This document shows positions 61,137-64,000 of a stretch of DNA of 64,000 nt, piece by piece. Below the pieces are notes generated by a model, which was not told where the DNA came from, made no database searches, and worked only from the letters and a program-made list of their open reading frames with translations. The stretch comes from Candidatus Babeliales bacterium. GTDB lineage: Bacteria; Babelota; Babeliae; Babelales; Vermiphilaceae. How positions within the stretch are numbered: the first letter of the stretch is position 1; each line of letters starts with the position of its first letter. The translations under genes and the position numbers were made by a program. The stretch covers positions 448,001 to 512,000 of the forward strand of contig CAVUQO010000003.1 of assembly GCA_963743635.1 (NCBI GenBank), given 5' to 3'.

Positions 61137-61994
61137 ATGAAAAAAAGAATTATTCTTTTTATTGTAATCGCATCGCATTATGTCCATTCATGCGGCGTGG
61201 TGGGCTATGTGGGTAATAGTATGGGGCAGTCTTTTATTGTTGAGGGGCTCACTCGTATGCAACATTTGGGACATGATTCGGCGGGCTTTGCATACATAGA
61301 TAAAGAGCTGAATACTATAGTATGTATCAAAGCCATCGGGTATATCGATGCGCTCAAAAAAAAATTAAAAAAAGACACGGATGATGGGCATCTTGGTATT
61401 GGCCATACGCGGCGTGCATCGCAGGGGAGGGTAAGTGAAAGAAATGCGCATCCGCATTTAAGCAATGATGGCTCGGTTGCAGTGGTTCACAATGGTAACC
61501 TCCAAAATTATCATCAACTCAAAAAAATATTGATGCAAAAAGGATGTCAATTCAAGTCGGAGACTGATACTGAAGCAATAGCGCAATTGTTTGCAGATCG
61601 TTATGGCGAATCTCAATTGCTGTATGATACTACTCTCGACGTGGTGCAGATGTTGCGTGGCTCGTATACGAGCATCCTTATGCATGGACAGCATCCTGAT
61701 ACGCTCATAGTGATCAGAAAAGGCCCAGCTATTTATCTAGGCATTGGCGATAATGAAATATGCGTAGCGACCCTCGTGATAGCACTGAGAGGTAAAGCTG
61801 ATCGCGTTATTGCATTGCCAGATGAAAGTTTTACATTGATTAAAAAAGATGGTGTGGAGATTTACAATTTTCAGGGAATGCCTTTGATCATTCATCCGCG
61901 TAAGATTGGCATGAAGCGCTCGCTGTATGATTATCTAGAATATGCGGCGTGTATAGGCAGGAATGCCTTAAGCAAAAATATACAATGTGATTGA
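61137..61994 (+). CDS. Stand-alone class II glutamine amidotransferase (GlmS N-terminal-like) domain behind a signal-like peptide
   Basis: CGVVG, DSAG, GHTR, NAHPH, VVHNG, SETDTE; no SIS domains. Confidence 0.88.
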   Translation: MKKRIILFIVIASHYVHSCGVVGYVGNSMGQSFIVEGLTRMQHLGHDSAGFAYIDKELNTIVCIKAIGYIDALKKKLKKDTDDGHLGIGHTRRASQGRVSERNAHPHLSNDGSVAVVHNGNLQNYHQLKKILMQKGCQFKSETDTEAIAQLFADRYGESQLLYDTTLDVVQMLRGSYTSILMHGQHPDTLIVIRKGPAIYLGIGDNEICVATLVIALRGKADRVIALPDESFTLIKKDGVEIYNFQGMPLIIHPRKIGMKRSLYDYLEYAACIGRNALSKNIQCD

Positions 61995-62140
61995 TATGAA
62001 AATGCTTTATTTCAACGTTTTTTTCTAAAAATCTTGTTTTTTATACTATGCATAGGACATAATGGGCGCCAACGGTACGTGCGTTATCACATAAGGGATG
62101 TGATGCACGAAGAATACCACAGTAACCATTGGGGGGTGCT

Positions 62141-63202
62141 ATGAAAAATAGACTGTATGGGATTGTCTTATTGTTGGCGTGGTCTGGGCAGAGTGAGGCC
62201 ATGGAGTCACATTCGAATGCCCATGATCTCGTTGCACTTACGAACATTGGCTTATCAAAAGCAAAAAGGCGTCTTGCGAGCATGCGTCGCCACGAAAAAA
62301 CTCCTGAGAATATTAAGCAGCTTTTTGAAAGCGCATTTACTGATAGCATTCAAGAACGTGGAGTGACCTCTGATGTGCTTCCCGCTATGCGTGCCATCAT
62401 AGAGGAAGAATTTAAAATTGGTCCGCGGATATATGATACGATTACGCTTGACGAGTGCAATGATGTGGTGACTGCAGTTGATATGAGCTCAGATGGAGGA
62501 ACTATTCTTGCCAGTGTTGGCAATACGGCATACTTATGGACTAAGGGTGATTCATGGATAAAGCATGAAGATGCGATACGGCATGGATCACGTATTGCTG
62601 CAGTGTGTTTGGCGGCGAACAGGAGAGTAGTAACGCTGGGTAATAACGGAACTGTCTTTGTACAGAGTTATAATGATTGGGAGATAACGCAAGAAACAGC
62701 TTTTTGTGTATTTGAGCGAGATATAAACATAATCGCGCTCAATGATGCAGGGGATCGATTAGTTTGTGGAAATGCGAACGATGGTACAGCAACGCCGTTA
62801 TCTATTTACAAGCGCACTGCTGCGCATTGGCATAAAGAGGAAGCGGTAATACCGGCCTATAAAAAAATGAGCGCACAATCGTTATACTGGGGAAGGGATG
62901 ATACGATTGTTGTCTATGGAAAGCCAAATGATGCTGGGCAAGATGATAGGGGTATGCTTACCGAATGGAAACGTATTGCGGATCGTTGGTATTGTATTAA
63001 AAATCATGAATGGCTCCGTGATGATGAGCATGAGATTCTGGCGATTTATGGGATTACGCTTACGCGCAGAGAAGCAAGAAAAGCATTCGATGCCTGGGGA
63101 GAATCGTTCGTTACATCTTCAGGCCATATGATTTCAATAGGCAAGCAACGTGCGCCCACCTATGATAACATCATTAAGTATTATGCAGAAAAATGGGATT
63201 GA
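62141..63202 (+). CDS. Secreted WD40/beta-propeller-like protein
   Basis: QSEA-ME leader; VTAVDMSSDGGTILAS...AYLW. Confidence 0.65.
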   Translation: MKNRLYGIVLLLAWSGQSEAMESHSNAHDLVALTNIGLSKAKRRLASMRRHEKTPENIKQLFESAFTDSIQERGVTSDVLPAMRAIIEEEFKIGPRIYDTITLDECNDVVTAVDMSSDGGTILASVGNTAYLWTKGDSWIKHEDAIRHGSRIAAVCLAANRRVVTLGNNGTVFVQSYNDWEITQETAFCVFERDINIIALNDAGDRLVCGNANDGTATPLSIYKRTAAHWHKEEAVIPAYKKMSAQSLYWGRDDTIVVYGKPNDAGQDDRGMLTEWKRIADRWYCIKNHEWLRDDEHEILAIYGITLTRREARKAFDAWGESFVTSSGHMISIGKQRAPTYDNIIKYYAEKWD

Positions 63203-63228
63203 TTGAATACATGAAACGCTAAAAAATT

Positions 63229-63262
63229 GGGCCTCTGATTATGAGTCAGAGGCCCTTGCTTT
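63229..63262. terminator. Bidirectional terminator
   Basis: gggcctctga-ttatgag-tcagaggccc. Confidence 0.7.
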
Positions 63263-63289
63263 TTTAAACAACTAAAAGTCAGCGTTGTG

Positions 63290-63856
63290 TTAGTTTTTTT
63301 CTTCTTTTTCAAATGAATCTAAAATGGCTTTGAACCATTGTAATTCGTATGCTATCGAACAAGTAACGGTACTGCTGCCATCATCGTGCACCGCTCGCGT
63401 ACATTGCGTCAGTGCGTGTTTATCCGGATTAGTTGCTTGTCTGATGATGACGTATTCTTTGATTCGTTCACTGAGTTTTTCTTCAAATGAGGCAAGAGAT
63501 GTTGTGCCAACTAAAAGCGACCCTTCCTTAGGGTATTCGGTAGTGCTCGTTACGATTACCGCTTGAGGCGTTGCAGTGAGCCGCAGTAAGCGCCCGATAC
63601 GGGTGAAAATACCGATGCCGCCAATTTCACTTTTAAAACTGGTATTCCATGAGGGTATGGTTACTTGTGCACTGAGTGGGTCTGCAGATTGTGCTGCGCA
63701 TTGCAGGGCGAAGGCTGCAAGAAATGCTTTGTCAATTGTGTGCAATGGGCGTGGTGTTGTTGTATCAGAATTCGGTTGAACATTATTTGCATGAGTGATG
63801 TGCGCGATAGAAAGGAGTGATAGAAGGCTGTAGGTAAATAAACTGGATCGTAACAT
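63290..63856 (-). CDS. Secreted hypothetical protein
   Basis: Signal peptide ending ITHA; RBS aaggga. Confidence 0.7.
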   Translation of the reverse strand: MLRSSLFTYSLLSLLSIAHITHANNVQPNSDTTTPRPLHTIDKAFLAAFALQCAAQSADPLSAQVTIPSWNTSFKSEIGGIGIFTRIGRLLRLTATPQAVIVTSTTEYPKEGSLLVGTTSLASFEEKLSERIKEYVIIRQATNPDKHALTQCTRAVHDDGSSTVTCSIAYELQWFKAILDSFEKEEKN

Positions 63857-64000
63857 AGAGATTTCCCTTTTTGATTAAAAATAATAATATTTCGCTTACA
63901 TAGCATTCCCATTTACGATCACTGTTGTAAAGATTTGAGGTTTTATGAAACGTAAGAGTCTGTTAATAAGCGCATTCTGTATGGCGACGATAAGCTACTA

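Noticed and set aside
1..64000. tRNA, rRNA, riboswitch, prophage or transposase genes
   Set aside because: None recognised by eye; a tRNAscan-SE/Infernal run would be needed to exclude small RNAs

Overview
Bacterial chromosomal window with moderate-to-low GC. It combines housekeeping genes (PBP1A, murG, dciA, archease-rtcB, holB, tmk, fadD, cysK-like, F0 ATPase genes, tsaC, pilin/pilD, rbfA, rpsU, gltX, bamA/tamA, potABCD, metG) with many orphan secreted proteins carrying eukaryote-like domains (RING-H2, ankyrin, WD40, PP2C, kinase-like). This repertoire suggests an intracellular parasite of protists, most likely Candidatus Babeliae (Dependentiae/TM6); the taxonomy is inferred, not demonstrated. 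The most striking pattern is a modular 'conserved leader + swappable cargo' effector architecture. Three unrelated leader families (A 10.4-13.5 kb, B 44-47 kb plus 21 kb, C 52.9-61.1 kb) each fuse a conserved N-terminus to different cargo, and orphan 3' gene ends and repeated terminators lie between the B and C genes. Many signal peptides are predicted to leave a Met as the first mature residue. Other highlights: two candidate clan CD (caspase/MARTX-CPD-like) cysteine proteases; a stand-alone GlmS glutaminase domain whose catalytic Cys directly follows a signal peptide; PSAP and PPxY late-domain motifs in a secreted protein; a four-fold fused N-ATPase-like c subunit; and a REP-like palindrome family with one copy inserted in-frame in metG. 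Two regions (about 4.9-9.8 kb and 31.4-34.5 kb) have dense frameshifts in essential genes and look like sequencing or assembly errors. No rRNA, tRNA, CRISPR array, transposase or integrase was recognised. All domain calls come from reading motifs by eye.
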